From an uncultured bacterium (lineage in GTDB: Bacteria; Hydrothermota; Tepidihabitantia; Tepidihabitantales; Tepidihabitantaceae): a stretch of DNA of 64,000 bases. A model generated the notes under the pieces. That model was not told the DNA's origin. It saw only the letters and a list, made by a program, of their open reading frames with translations, and made no database searches. The translations under genes were made by a program, and so were the position numbers. Shown piece after piece: positions 39,993 through 49,176 of the stretch; position 1 is the first letter of the stretch, and each line of letters starts with the position of its first letter. The stretch lies in contig CAZPVT010000005.1 in assembly GCA_964590395.1 (NCBI GenBank), positions 116,387-180,386 on the forward strand, written 5' to 3'.

Positions 39993-40247
39993 TTGGCAAA
40001 GCGTAGCATTTCGGTTTTAAGACAGGCGAGAAAGAATGAGCGCCGCCGGGAGCGTAACCGGTTAAGGCGGTTGGCAATGAAAAAGGCGATAAAGGCGGTG
40101 CGCAACGCCCAAACAAAGGAGGAGGCGTTAAAGGCATTCGTTACTGCCCAGTCGGTGATTGACCGTTCGGTAAAGTATAGAATTATTCACCGCAATACCG
40201 CCAGCCGACTCAAATCCCGTCTGATGAAGGCAATCGCTTATCTATAA
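39993..40247 (+). CDS. rpsT: 30S ribosomal protein S20
   Basis: 84-aa basic helical protein with an S20-like N-terminus (AKRSISVLRQARKNERRRERNR). TTG start with a GGAGG RBS. Confidence 0.8.
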   Translation: MAKRSISVLRQARKNERRRERNRLRRLAMKKAIKAVRNAQTKEEALKAFVTAQSVIDRSVKYRIIHRNTASRLKSRLMKAIAYL

Positions 40248-40290
40248 AAAACCGGCAAAACCCGCGGGGTGTACACCGCGCTGATCGCCA

Positions 40291-41487
40291 ATGAAGGTTC
40301 TTTATATCACCACTGCCTATCCCCGCTCAGAAAAAGATATCATCACGCCCTGGTTAGTTGAAACCGTTCAGCTTCTGCAGGGCAAAGCCATTGACATCAC
40401 GGTGTTTACTTCTGCCTATCAGGGGCTGGGCGACCAGACGGTGATGGGAACAAGGGTCAAACGGTTTCGATATTTTTTTGCCCGCTGGGAGAAATTAACC
40501 CATGATGAAACCGCAATCGATCGGGTGCAGAAGGGATTTTTAAACAAAATTCTGGCGTTCTGTTATCTGCTTTTGGGCACGATGGCAGTCTGGCGGTTAT
40601 GCAGGAAAGAGCATTTTGACATAATCCATGTTCACTGGCCATTGCCCCACTTCCTGTTTGGTTATGTGGCAGGGCGGGTCTGTGCCGCGCCGATTGTAAT
40701 CAGTTTTCACGGTGCGGAGTTGATGGCGGTGCGCAAGAAATTTCGGCTCCTGCGGCCGTTTCTGCGCTGGGCGATTGCCCGCGCAGACCGGGTAACTGCC
40801 AATTCCACCCACACGGTTCGGGCAATTCAAGAGATTTTTAATCGGTCCGTGGATATTGTTCCGTTTGGGGCAGCGGTTTCTACAAAGGGGGGGCAGGTAC
40901 GGGTGGAAATGGCTGCAGAGAAATCTATTCTTTTTGTTGGCAGGCTGGTTGAGCGGAAAGGGGTAAGGTATCTGATTGAGGCAGCCGCGCAGATCGCTTC
41001 CCGGTATAACATTCGGGTTGATATTGTGGGTGATGGTCCGGAGTTGCCGAAACTGATGCGGTTGACCGCTGAGAAGGGGCTTGGCGCGGTGGTCAGATTC
41101 CACGGCCGGGTTTCAGCTGAGGAACTGCCCCGGTTCTATGAGAACTGTGATATATTTGTTCTGCCCGCGGTTATCGACAGTAAGGGTGATACCGAAGGGT
41201 TAGGAGTGGTGTTGATTGAGGCGATGACCTATAAGAAACCGGTGATAGCATCAGCAGTTGGTGGGATTACCGATCTGGTGATAGATGGTCAGACTGGACT
41301 TGCAGTTCCTCCCGGTGATGGAGATGCACTTGTCCGGGCGATCGTTCAATTAATTGAAAAGCCAGAACTGGCGCAGCGGCTCAGCCAGCAGGGTTATGAG
41401 CATATCTTAGCCAATTACTCCTGGGGGGTAATAATTGACCGGCTTATAACTCTATATCAGGAAGTTTATTCCAGCCATTCAGAATAA
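40291..41487 (+). CDS. Glycosyltransferase family 1 (GT4-type, GT-B fold)
   Basis: The C-terminal half carries the EGLGVVLIEAM...KPVIAS...GGI..LV motif characteristic of GT4 enzymes. Confidence 0.8.
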   Translation: MKVLYITTAYPRSEKDIITPWLVETVQLLQGKAIDITVFTSAYQGLGDQTVMGTRVKRFRYFFARWEKLTHDETAIDRVQKGFLNKILAFCYLLLGTMAVWRLCRKEHFDIIHVHWPLPHFLFGYVAGRVCAAPIVISFHGAELMAVRKKFRLLRPFLRWAIARADRVTANSTHTVRAIQEIFNRSVDIVPFGAAVSTKGGQVRVEMAAEKSILFVGRLVERKGVRYLIEAAAQIASRYNIRVDIVGDGPELPKLMRLTAEKGLGAVVRFHGRVSAEELPRFYENCDIFVLPAVIDSKGDTEGLGVVLIEAMTYKKPVIASAVGGITDLVIDGQTGLAVPPGDGDALVRAIVQLIEKPELAQRLSQQGYEHILANYSWGVIIDRLITLYQEVYSSHSE

Positions 41488-42443
41488 TGACCGAGCAGAC
41501 GGTTAGTCCGAGAAAGAAACTGAGCTGGCTCCGTTATACCGTGGGCACGGTCGTCGTTGTTGTTTCATTTTATTTTCTGCTCAGCCGGCTCTGGCGAGAC
41601 TGGCACCAGATTCCGTTTTTCCAACTGCGTTTTACTCCCCATTGGCTGGTGCTGTCCTATCTGGTGCTGTTATTGTTTCATCTTCCACTCGGGGCTTACG
41701 GCTGGAAGTTGATCCTTTGGGGATTGGGCGAAAGGATAAGTTTTTCGCGGGCGCTGGGGATTATCACCGTTACCCAATTGGGTAAGTACGTACCGGGAAA
41801 AATCTGGTTTACTGTGGGACGGATGTCGTTTGCTCAACAGGACGGGGTTGCCGAAGCGAAAAGTCTGGTGAGCGTAATTATCGAGACCGGATTACTCCTA
41901 TTGTCAGCGATCTTTCTTTTTGCGGTTGCGGTATTTCTCCTGCCTCGGGCAATAGTGCCCAAAGGTCTGTATTATTTATTCCTATTAGCACCTTTTACCC
42001 TGTTTGTCATCTATCCACCCGTCCTTAACCGGATTTTAAAACCAACTTTGCGGTTTTTTAAACAGCCCGAGTTTACACTCAACCTTTCTTATTCTCGTCT
42101 GCTGGGAATTTTTTCATTATACATTACTGACTGGCTGGTTCAGAGTATCGGTTGTTTTTTGCTGATCAACTCTTTTTATCCCTTGGGCATTGCCCGGCTG
42201 CCGATGCTCGTCGGTGGTTATTCCATCTCTTGGATTTTGGGGTTCATCGTGCTAATCGCGCCGGCTGGTTTGGGCATCCGGGAAGGGATATATACCTATA
42301 TTTTAAAACTGGTAATGCCGGAGTCAGTTGCTATTATATCAGCGTTGCTCACAAGAATCTGGATGAGCAGCGCGGAACTGGTAATGGCACTTTTCTGCCT
42401 GCCGCTTTTGCGGCGGAGTAAACCTGAGATTATCAGGAGGTAA
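41487..42443 (+). CDS. Flippase-like / lysylphosphatidylglycerol-synthase TM-region family membrane protein (UPF0104)
   Basis: 318 aa, ~8 TM. GKYVPGKIW and PAGLGIREG motifs. Confidence 0.55.
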   Translation: MTEQTVSPRKKLSWLRYTVGTVVVVVSFYFLLSRLWRDWHQIPFFQLRFTPHWLVLSYLVLLLFHLPLGAYGWKLILWGLGERISFSRALGIITVTQLGKYVPGKIWFTVGRMSFAQQDGVAEAKSLVSVIIETGLLLLSAIFLFAVAVFLLPRAIVPKGLYYLFLLAPFTLFVIYPPVLNRILKPTLRFFKQPEFTLNLSYSRLLGIFSLYITDWLVQSIGCFLLINSFYPLGIARLPMLVGGYSISWILGFIVLIAPAGLGIREGIYTYILKLVMPESVAIISALLTRIWMSSAELVMALFCLPLLRRSKPEIIRR

Positions 42444-42445
42444 TT

Positions 42446-44893
42446 ATGGCAAAGAAGCGAGCAGCACCCCGGGCAAAAACGCCGGCAGTAAAAAGACCGG
42501 AGCAGGTGATACCAGAGGAGAAACTGCACCGTTATGCGGTAGCCGGTTTTTTTGTTCTGCCCCTGATTTTTTGGGGTAGGTTACTGTTTGGGCCTGTGAT
42601 GACGTATGGGACCGATTTTCTCGGTGCTGGGGGGTATGCGGCGCGTCAATTTATGGCTGAGTACATCCGCAACCATTTAACCATTGCGCTATGGCAGCCC
42701 CAGATACTGTGTGGTCAACCGACGGTAGCGGCATTTTTTGGCGATCTTTTTTATCCAACGATATTTTTACGTCTCTTTTTGCCCGTTCATATCGTTTGGG
42801 CGTGGACATTCTATATTCATACGGTACTGGCCGGGCTCGGTACCTATCTTTTTATCAGGGAACTGAAAGTTTCGACACTTGCAGGCGTTGTGGCTGGTGT
42901 TGCCTATATGTTTTCCGGTTCGCTGATGACCCTTGCCTTTGCCGGCCACGATGGCCGGTTAATCGGTTCCGCTTTGATGCCCTGGACGGTTTTTCTTTTG
43001 ATCCGGGGGTTAAATCGGCGACAACTGTTCTGGTTTGTGCTTACAGGTTTAGTGCTCGGTCTACAACTTCTGTCCGGACATATCCAGAAGGTATATTATA
43101 CCGTCTTGATACTGGTCGCCTGGTTTATCTTTAACTGGGTTCGGATGCTCAGGCAGGAGAAGGAGATAAAATCATCAGCAGTTAAATTGATAGGTTACTT
43201 TGGGCTTAGCGGACTCTTTGCGATTGGTATCGCGGCAATTCAGTATCTACCGATTTACGCCAATCTGCCTTACAGTGCCCGGGGCGCAGAGCGGGGTTAT
43301 GAGTTTGCTACCTCCTGGTCGATGCCGATCGCTGAGATATTTGATCTATTAACGCCGAAGTTCTCTGGTGGACTGGAGAACTACTGGAGTAAGAATCCGT
43401 TCAAACTGCACAGCGAGTATTTAGGGATTCTGCCTCTGCTTTTTGCCTTCATTGCCTTAATCCGATGCCACAAGACCCCCATCGTTAGATTTTTCTCTTT
43501 CACGGTGCTTTTTGCTGTATTAATGGCCTGGGGTGGAAACACACCTTTTTATCGTCTGCCTTATTACCTGCTGCCCGGAATCAGCAAGTTTCGCGGTCCA
43601 GGGATGATATTCTTTGTTGCCGGTTTTGCGCTTGCGGTACTGGCAGGCTATGGGGTTAATTACTGTTTTGACCGTTCAAACACCGATGGGTTGAAGAAAA
43701 CATTGCGGGCGCTACTTTACGCCGGGGCCGGGCTTTTTCTGTTACTACTGTTCTTTCTTGTTGCCCGTGATGCAGCGAGCTCGATTTTTAATCCGGGCAC
43801 GCGTCTTGTCCAGTTTGAAGCCAACTATCCCTCATTGACCTCAGGAATGGTATTTGCGGTATTCCTCTGGCTGATTGGCATCGGCATCGTCTATCTACCG
43901 CGTGCCGGTGTTAGTCCACAACTTGTGGTGGTGACAACCGTGCTGATAATGACGCTTGATGTTGGTTTAGCATTGAAACTCTGGGACAATCAGCGTGGTT
44001 ATATCCGTTCGGTTCCGCCACCGCAGGAGTATTTTGCTCCGGATGAAGTGGTGCGTTTTTTAAGGCCGGATAGTTCCTTTTATCGGGTTCTACCCTTAAA
44101 TTATGAACGCTCGGATCAGGGAATATTGTGGTTACACGGTATCTATTCTACCGGTGGGCAGATACCGAATCCTTTGCAGAGTTATCAGGATTTCATCGGT
44201 GCGGGGAAAAGCGTGCTCTTTCAGGCAAACAATCTGCTAAATTCCAATTTTATGAATTTACTGAATGTGAAATATGTTATTACCTACAACCTGCCAAGCG
44301 ACATCTCCCGGTTTGACCCCCAGAGCCAGCAGGTGATCAATCAGTTACGACTCTACTTCAGTCAGCCCCAGTTTGAGCAGGTATTTGCCGGAACTTACTA
44401 CGCGGTGTATTACAACCGGCAGTTTCTACCTCGTGCCTTTATTGTCCATAATTACGAGGTCGTTAGAGATAAGGATGAACTTTTGTCCCGATTGATGCAA
44501 CCGGATTTTGATCCCAGCCAGACCGCACTACTTTACACTAAACCAGAGTTTGAACCCGGTATGCTGGTGGATACGGTTGCCCGGTGTTCGATTGTATATT
44601 ATGATGCCAATCGGATTAAACTGTCTGCCCGGCTGTTAGCACCCGGACTGTTGATTCTTAGTGAGAACTATCATCCGGACTGGCAGGTTAAGATCAATGG
44701 CAAAAGTGCGCAGCTGTTACCCGCATTTCACACCCTGCGGGCAGTTGTTCTGGAGGTGGGCGAACATCAGGTGGAGTTTACTTATTATCCTAAATACTAC
44801 CGGCTGGGTATGCTTTTGACCCTGCTTACCGCATTGGCGATCCCCCTTTTGTCATTGCGAGGCACAAAGTACCATGGCAATCTCACAGCGTAA
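42446..44893 (+). CDS. YfhO-family polytopic membrane protein (surface polymer glycosylation)
   Basis: 815 aa. Many N-terminal TM helices plus a C-terminal extracytoplasmic domain. Sits in a GT1 + flippase-like cluster. Confidence 0.65.
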   Translation: MAKKRAAPRAKTPAVKRPEQVIPEEKLHRYAVAGFFVLPLIFWGRLLFGPVMTYGTDFLGAGGYAARQFMAEYIRNHLTIALWQPQILCGQPTVAAFFGDLFYPTIFLRLFLPVHIVWAWTFYIHTVLAGLGTYLFIRELKVSTLAGVVAGVAYMFSGSLMTLAFAGHDGRLIGSALMPWTVFLLIRGLNRRQLFWFVLTGLVLGLQLLSGHIQKVYYTVLILVAWFIFNWVRMLRQEKEIKSSAVKLIGYFGLSGLFAIGIAAIQYLPIYANLPYSARGAERGYEFATSWSMPIAEIFDLLTPKFSGGLENYWSKNPFKLHSEYLGILPLLFAFIALIRCHKTPIVRFFSFTVLFAVLMAWGGNTPFYRLPYYLLPGISKFRGPGMIFFVAGFALAVLAGYGVNYCFDRSNTDGLKKTLRALLYAGAGLFLLLLFFLVARDAASSIFNPGTRLVQFEANYPSLTSGMVFAVFLWLIGIGIVYLPRAGVSPQLVVVTTVLIMTLDVGLALKLWDNQRGYIRSVPPPQEYFAPDEVVRFLRPDSSFYRVLPLNYERSDQGILWLHGIYSTGGQIPNPLQSYQDFIGAGKSVLFQANNLLNSNFMNLLNVKYVITYNLPSDISRFDPQSQQVINQLRLYFSQPQFEQVFAGTYYAVYYNRQFLPRAFIVHNYEVVRDKDELLSRLMQPDFDPSQTALLYTKPEFEPGMLVDTVARCSIVYYDANRIKLSARLLAPGLLILSENYHPDWQVKINGKSAQLLPAFHTLRAVVLEVGEHQVEFTYYPKYYRLGMLLTLLTALAIPLLSLRGTKYHGNLTA

Positions 44894-45215
44894 AACCCGG
44901 GCTACCCGCAAAGGGATTGCTTCCTGCCTGCGGCAGTTCGCAATGACGAAGGAAGGAATGTCATTGCGAGGACGCTCCATCCCCCTTGTTATTGCAAGGA
45001 GCGATAGTGATGAAGCAATCTCACGTAAAGGGATTCCTTCGCCCTTCGGGCTCGGAATGACGAAAAAGGATAGGCTCGGAATGAAGAAAAAAGAATAGAC
45101 TTGGAATGACAAAGAAACGACGGGTGCGAAATGACAGAAAGGGGGAGACTGTCATTGATAGGAGTGATAGCGACGAAGCAATCTATAAGCGGATAAGACA
45201 GGATACACGCAAAAG
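44851..45215. repeat. Structured intergenic repeat region, copy B of the dispersed family, with a degenerate ~24-nt tandem array
   Basis: GTCATTGCGAGG occurs twice. Hairpin CGCAATGAC-12nt-GTCATTGCG. Four tandem units ..GGAATGACgAAAaag.. at 45048-45145. 28-nt core identical to 13182-13209. Confidence 0.55.
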
Positions 45216-45242
45216 TAATTGCGCCGATTTCCGGGATACTGT

Positions 45243-45270
45243 TTGACAGCCGAGCCGATTTTGTTAAAAT
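45243..45270 (+). promoter_or_regulatory. Sigma-70-like promoter for the lipoprotein-receptor-T9SS-cargo operon
   Basis: TTGACA-16 nt-TAAAAT. Downstream GTG start with AAGGAGG. Confidence 0.45.
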
Positions 45271-45327
45271 TCCTAAAAGAAAATATGAAAATTGGGTTCA
45301 GGAAGAGCAAATAAAAGGAGGCAAGCT

Positions 45328-46335
45328 GTGCAGGTAATAATTAAAAGGTACCGACTGTTAGGAGTCGGCCTATTACTGGCAGTGGTGATGTTCACCGGCT
45401 GCGGTCGAATGCCGCCACAAGAAATCTGGCAGCCGAATGCGCAAGATTCCACCGCGCTCGATTCTATCGTTCTTGCCAACAAGGATTTGCTTACCGTGAA
45501 TTTCGCTGAGACGGAGATGCAGTATCTCGAATGGGTGGTTCCGGATACAATTCTCAAAAAGGCAATCAAGGATAATCCCTTCAAACAGCGCTATATCTGC
45601 GACTCAATGCAACGTATTTTTAATGACTCACTACGCAAATGGCATCACCGGTTTATTGCCACGGTTGACACCGGAGTAGGGGATACAACCGCAACAATTT
45701 TTGTCACAGAGACGATACCGGGCAGATTAATAATGCACGCCAGAAGGTATACAAGATATCTGCGCGATTCAATTATCATCACGCCATCCGATACCATCCG
45801 GTTACACTTCTACGATACCCTCTGGACCGACACCTCCCTGATTGTTGAGAAGCCAATTAACGCAATTGCTTATGACGGGTGTGTTTTACGCAAGGAACAG
45901 GGGGCCTGGCGGTTCTGGAAATTGGCTGGTGGCCAGCGGTTTTATGCACCAACCTTTGAGGATGCACCGTATTTAGTTAACGTCTATCTCACCAATGGAA
46001 CCCGAAGCGATACTTTTGCCTGGCGTCCTGACACCCTACATTTTGGCACCCAGCGGTTTTACGAATATCCGGACAGTCTATTAACATATCCAGAGAACGA
46101 CAGTTTGTGGATTACTTCTTTTTACAATCCCACCGGAACCGACTTTTTTAATTTCTTTATCTTCCAGGGGGTGCGGTACCGAGTCATCGCCACTAACCGA
46201 ATAAGATTGACTCAATCAGGTGTGCATCGGCTTTATGTGGAACAGGTGCCGTATGCGGTGTTTTATGATTCGGGCGGCGAGTTAACAGCTACTGTCTGGG
46301 GAATTCCTATTTATATTAAAGGAGGCGGACAATGA
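45328..46335 (+). CDS. Lipoprotein of unknown function
   Basis: GTG start at 45328 preceded by AAGGAGG (the ATG at 45292 lacks an RBS). Lipoprotein signal LLLAVVMFTGC. Stop overlaps the next start. Confidence 0.45.
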   Translation: MQVIIKRYRLLGVGLLLAVVMFTGCGRMPPQEIWQPNAQDSTALDSIVLANKDLLTVNFAETEMQYLEWVVPDTILKKAIKDNPFKQRYICDSMQRIFNDSLRKWHHRFIATVDTGVGDTTATIFVTETIPGRLIMHARRYTRYLRDSIIITPSDTIRLHFYDTLWTDTSLIVEKPINAIAYDGCVLRKEQGAWRFWKLAGGQRFYAPTFEDAPYLVNVYLTNGTRSDTFAWRPDTLHFGTQRFYEYPDSLLTYPENDSLWITSFYNPTGTDFFNFFIFQGVRYRVIATNRIRLTQSGVHRLYVEQVPYAVFYDSGGELTATVWGIPIYIKGGGQ

Positions 46336-49163
46336 GAAGGTGTGCATTTTTTATTATCGCTTTGCTTTTAATCGCGGGGAGCGCATTTGCGGGCGTTGTC
46401 GGTCGGATTAAAGGCAAGGTGATCGATAAGAAGACCAGAGAGCCCTTAGTTGGTGCCAATGTGATTGTGGTCGGCACCGAACTGGGTGCAGCGACCGATG
46501 CGAACGGTGAATATGAGATTAACAATGTCCCGCCGGGCAGGTATAAACTTACCGCTTCCTACATCAGTTATAACGAGATGAGCGTTACTGATGTGCTGGT
46601 AGTTCAGGACCAGGTGGCGATTATTGACTTTCAGTTAAGCCCGACAGTGATTGAGGTTGGTCCGGTTGAGGTGAAGGCAGAACGGCCATTGGTGAACCGG
46701 GGAACGGTGACGGTGGAGCGGGTGATCACTGATGAGGAGTTCAAGCGGTTGCCGGTTGTGCAACTGTCTGAACTGGTCGGTTTGCAGGCGGGCGTTACGC
46801 AAACCACGGGTCGGGGCTGGACCCACATCCGTGGCGGTAGATACGATGATGTCGCCTATCTGGTGGACGGTGTCGCGGCGCAGGATGCAGTGGTAGGAAC
46901 GCTGTGGTCAAGCCCGAAGCCCACGAGTGATGCGCTGGCATCGGTGGTGGTGGTGACCGGTGGTTTTGATGCGGAGTATGGCTCAGCGATGTCCGGTATT
47001 ATCAAGGCAGTGACCAAAGAGGGTGGTTCACGAACCAGCGGGAAGATCGGGTATCTGACTGATGAGGTTTTCCCGAAACCGGACCTGAATTTCGGTTATA
47101 ACCGGGTTACCTTTTCGCTGGGCGGACCCACATTCTATAACCGCCTGCGTTATTTTATCTCCACCGAATACTTCAAGACCGATGATGACCGAAACTGCCT
47201 GTATAAGGTTAATTCGCCCAGAGGTGAGTATGCGGCAGAAGGTAAATTGACACTTCAGTTTCCGAAGGAGTTTTTCCTGACCCGGGAGGGTTTGAAGTTA
47301 ACCGTCGACGGCTATCACTCCAATTACCAGTGGCAGGCATGGGCGAACAGTTACAAGTTTTATCAAAAGGCACTTTATGCCAATAGGGTACGTAGTTATA
47401 AAGGTAATGTGACGCTGAACCATATGCTTTCGCCGACCACGGTTTATGAGGCGAAGTTGGGCGTTTTCTCCACCTCGTTAATCAGGACGGTGCGGAATTT
47501 TGATGCTGAGGCAGCAGATACCACCGGATTCTGGGGTTTTCTGCGCAAGAACGGAATCTGGGACCGATATTTCTTCCGGGCTGAGGACTGGGTGTTTAAC
47601 AATCCGGAAGGGCTATCGAAGAAAGAGGCGGTTTTGCAGTTGTGGCGTTCTTACTGGCTATCCCCGAGCGGGGACACCGTTTATGCCCATAAGGCGCAGA
47701 AGAAGAATTTTATGACCGCGTATGCTTTGATCGATAATCCCTATGGTGTGGCTGGTCTGTTTGTTACCGAAGGTGATAACCGGACCTGGCATTACCGGCA
47801 AACCGATCATATGCTTTTCAAGTTTGATCTGACCAAGACCATCTCCAAGGTACACGAGATCAAGACTGGTGTTGATATCACTCAGTATTCGGTTTCAATG
47901 TATGACAACTCCCTACCATGGGACCAGAATCCGTTCTGGGATGCGTTTAATTATAAACCGCTGGTGGCTGCTGCTTATATCCAGGACCGGGCAGATTTTG
48001 AGGACCTGGTGGTGCGTGCTGGTGTTCGGTTTGATTATCTTGATGCAAAGGCAAAGGTGCGGGTTTTTCCTGAGTCGCTCGGTTCAACACCAGAAATTGC
48101 CGACAGTTTTATACCGGTGCCGCCAAAGTACCGTCTTTCACCTCGACTGGGTATCTCTTATCCGATTACTGAGCGGATTAAGTTCCGCTTTTCTTATGGC
48201 CATTTCTTCAAAAATCCGGTTTTTGCCAATCTGTATGAGTACGGTGAGCGACCAGCAGCCGAATTGCGGGGGCGGGGTAATGTCATTGTGGGTAATCCGG
48301 ATATGAGCGCGGAAAAGACCATCGCCTATGAGTTAGGGTTTGATGCCCAGTTAAGTGATGTATTTGCCTTTGACCTGACTGCATTTTACAAGGATGTGTT
48401 TGACCTTTCCGGTGTGCGTGTAGTTTCCGCACTGCCTCAGCCCTACACGATGTATTACAATGTCGAGTATGCCCGTATTCAGGGTTTTGAAGCAACGATG
48501 ACCAAGGCGCTTGCCAATTACTGGAATACCCAATTGGGTTACACCTTCCAGGTCGCGAAAGGCACCGCCTCCACTGCGACTGACCAGTATCAGCGGGAAA
48601 AACCACTGCAGATTGATTTCTATCTGGATCAAGATCAGCGCCATTCACTGCACGGCAGTTTAGGATTTTACTTTCCGTCGGACTTTGGATTTACTCCACT
48701 GCGCGACTTCAATGCCTCCGCGGTTGCCAATTATGGCTCTGGTATGCCCTACACACCGACCGACATTAGAGGTAACCGAACCGGTGCGGAAAATTCGGCA
48801 AGAATGCCTTCAAGTTTCACGATGGATATGCGGTTTGGCAAGGACATCAGACTGGGTGGTCTTAACCTAGTGCTTTCCTGCGATATTACCAACCTTCTGA
48901 ATGCCCGGGTGGCAACCAATGTTTATGCTACGACCGGTAAGCCGGATAATGATGGGCGGGTATTCACACCACAGGAGTTTGTGCCTGGTATCAGGTTCGG
49001 GGATCTGTATTACCATCCGGCACGGGATTTCAATCATGATGGTTATCTGACGCGGATGGAGATGTATCAGTCCTATATTCGGGCGCGCGAGGATTATGTG
49101 AAGGCACCGACCTATTACGGTTCGTCAAGGAAAGTTCGTTTTGGCATCAGCCTGTCTTTCTAA
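46332..49163 (+). CDS. TonB-dependent-receptor-type outer-membrane protein with an N-terminal CarbopepD_reg domain
   Basis: Signal peptide. GVVGRIKGKVIDKKTREPLVGANV..GEYEINNVPPGRYKL. Plug. Large beta-barrel ending in F. Confidence 0.7.
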   Translation: MRRCAFFIIALLLIAGSAFAGVVGRIKGKVIDKKTREPLVGANVIVVGTELGAATDANGEYEINNVPPGRYKLTASYISYNEMSVTDVLVVQDQVAIIDFQLSPTVIEVGPVEVKAERPLVNRGTVTVERVITDEEFKRLPVVQLSELVGLQAGVTQTTGRGWTHIRGGRYDDVAYLVDGVAAQDAVVGTLWSSPKPTSDALASVVVVTGGFDAEYGSAMSGIIKAVTKEGGSRTSGKIGYLTDEVFPKPDLNFGYNRVTFSLGGPTFYNRLRYFISTEYFKTDDDRNCLYKVNSPRGEYAAEGKLTLQFPKEFFLTREGLKLTVDGYHSNYQWQAWANSYKFYQKALYANRVRSYKGNVTLNHMLSPTTVYEAKLGVFSTSLIRTVRNFDAEAADTTGFWGFLRKNGIWDRYFFRAEDWVFNNPEGLSKKEAVLQLWRSYWLSPSGDTVYAHKAQKKNFMTAYALIDNPYGVAGLFVTEGDNRTWHYRQTDHMLFKFDLTKTISKVHEIKTGVDITQYSVSMYDNSLPWDQNPFWDAFNYKPLVAAAYIQDRADFEDLVVRAGVRFDYLDAKAKVRVFPESLGSTPEIADSFIPVPPKYRLSPRLGISYPITERIKFRFSYGHFFKNPVFANLYEYGERPAAELRGRGNVIVGNPDMSAEKTIAYELGFDAQLSDVFAFDLTAFYKDVFDLSGVRVVSALPQPYTMYYNVEYARIQGFEATMTKALANYWNTQLGYTFQVAKGTASTATDQYQREKPLQIDFYLDQDQRHSLHGSLGFYFPSDFGFTPLRDFNASAVANYGSGMPYTPTDIRGNRTGAENSARMPSSFTMDMRFGKDIRLGGLNLVLSCDITNLLNARVATNVYATTGKPDNDGRVFTPQEFVPGIRFGDLYYHPARDFNHDGYLTRMEMYQSYIRAREDYVKAPTYYGSSRKVRFGISLSF

Positions 49164-49176
49164 GGGGGAGGATAAG

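Noticed and set aside
44852-45112. Overlapping 86-aa (-) and 74-aa (+) ORFs
   Set aside because: They lie wholly inside the hairpin/tandem-repeat element, so the reading frames are artefacts of the repeat.
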